This document shows, piece after piece, positions 48,220 to 48,779 of a stretch of DNA of 48,779 bases. Position 1 is the stretch's first letter, and the number at the start of each line of letters is the position of its first letter. Origin of the DNA: Catajapyx aquilonaris (taxonomy: Eukaryota); the NCBI GenBank assembly GCA_000934665.2, contig KZ538068.1:124001-172779 (forward strand), given 5' to 3'. Both the position numbers and the translations under genes were made by a program. The notes under the pieces are model-generated. The model did no database searches. It worked only from the letters and a program-made list of their open reading frames with translations, and was not told where the DNA came from.

Positions 48220-48483
48220 AAAGCTGCGGCACCCGGCGTTGCCCGGGAAGAAATGAATGAAGGGAAAACACCTGCCAGTAGCTCTGTCGACTGTCTGTCT
48301 TTCTGTGTGTCCTCCCACCAATGCCATCTGTGGTCCTGCTACTGCCTCTCCCGCCTGTATAACGGCAACCATCATTTGCCTGCCATCTGTAGTCAACCCC
48401 CAACACCGGTTGGCAGGCGGACAGACAGACAGACACTCACAAACGGCATGGTGATCAAACTTTTTTGTCGTTTTAGTTATTGA
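48220..48483 (-). mobile_element. Non-autonomous Helitron (264 bp)
   Basis: The minus strand starts TCAATAACTAAAACG and has a (GTCT)n microsatellite near the 5' end. It ends with hairpin CCCGGGCAACGCCGGG (48232-48247), followed 8 nt later by CTTT (degenerate CTRR). There is no TSD, as expected for rolling-circle elements. Confidence 0.68.
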
Positions 48484-48779
48484 CAAATTCAGCCTAAGCT
48501 GCTTATATTGTAGCCCGTTACCTGGCAACCCCGTCCGGCGGGCCAGTTCAAACATCAGCCCATGGAGAGTGTAGTGTGTTGTATGAGTACAAGGTTGGAA
48601 ATAAAGGGGGACTCCAGACAAGATGGCTGACCGAGTTGGACGTGTTTCACTAGGGGGGCTAAGTAAAAGACCCGAATAAAAAATGGTGGCATCGGAGGGA
48701 TCCTGGATACTGACTGGCCAGCATCAGGAGACACCCCAGAACGAGTAACGAGTCGAAGTGAGCTGCAAAGAGGGCCAAG

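Overview
This is eukaryotic, apparently non-coding DNA, either a large intron or an intergenic region. It is probably arthropod, inferred from an interstitial (CCTAA)n = (TTAGG)n tract. It comes from a draft assembly with one N-gap and several single Ns in or beside G/C runs. None of the six-frame ORFs looks like a real protein, and several are simply translations of minisatellites or inverted repeats. Short spliced exons cannot be excluded by eye. The window is a mosaic of unique sequence and many small non-autonomous elements readable directly from their termini: two hAT-type MITEs with perfect 8-bp target-site duplications (TSDs); a 510-bp near-perfect hairpin MITE with CAC termini; a related double-palindrome of MITE end-junctions; a full-length tRNA-derived SINE (13-bp TSD) plus two truncated relatives; a terminal-inverted-repeat (TIR) element carrying telomeric repeats nested in another MITE; a 4-bp-TSD TIR element nested in a Tc1/mariner-like MITE; a small Helitron; and several minisatellites. 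The most unusual signals are an apparent window-wide excess of TA-N(2-4)-TA motifs resembling transposon excision footprints (some visible as insertions inside repeat units), the telomere-repeat-carrying element, and the double-palindrome. No clear novel protein-based system is visible. All counts and identities are hand estimates.
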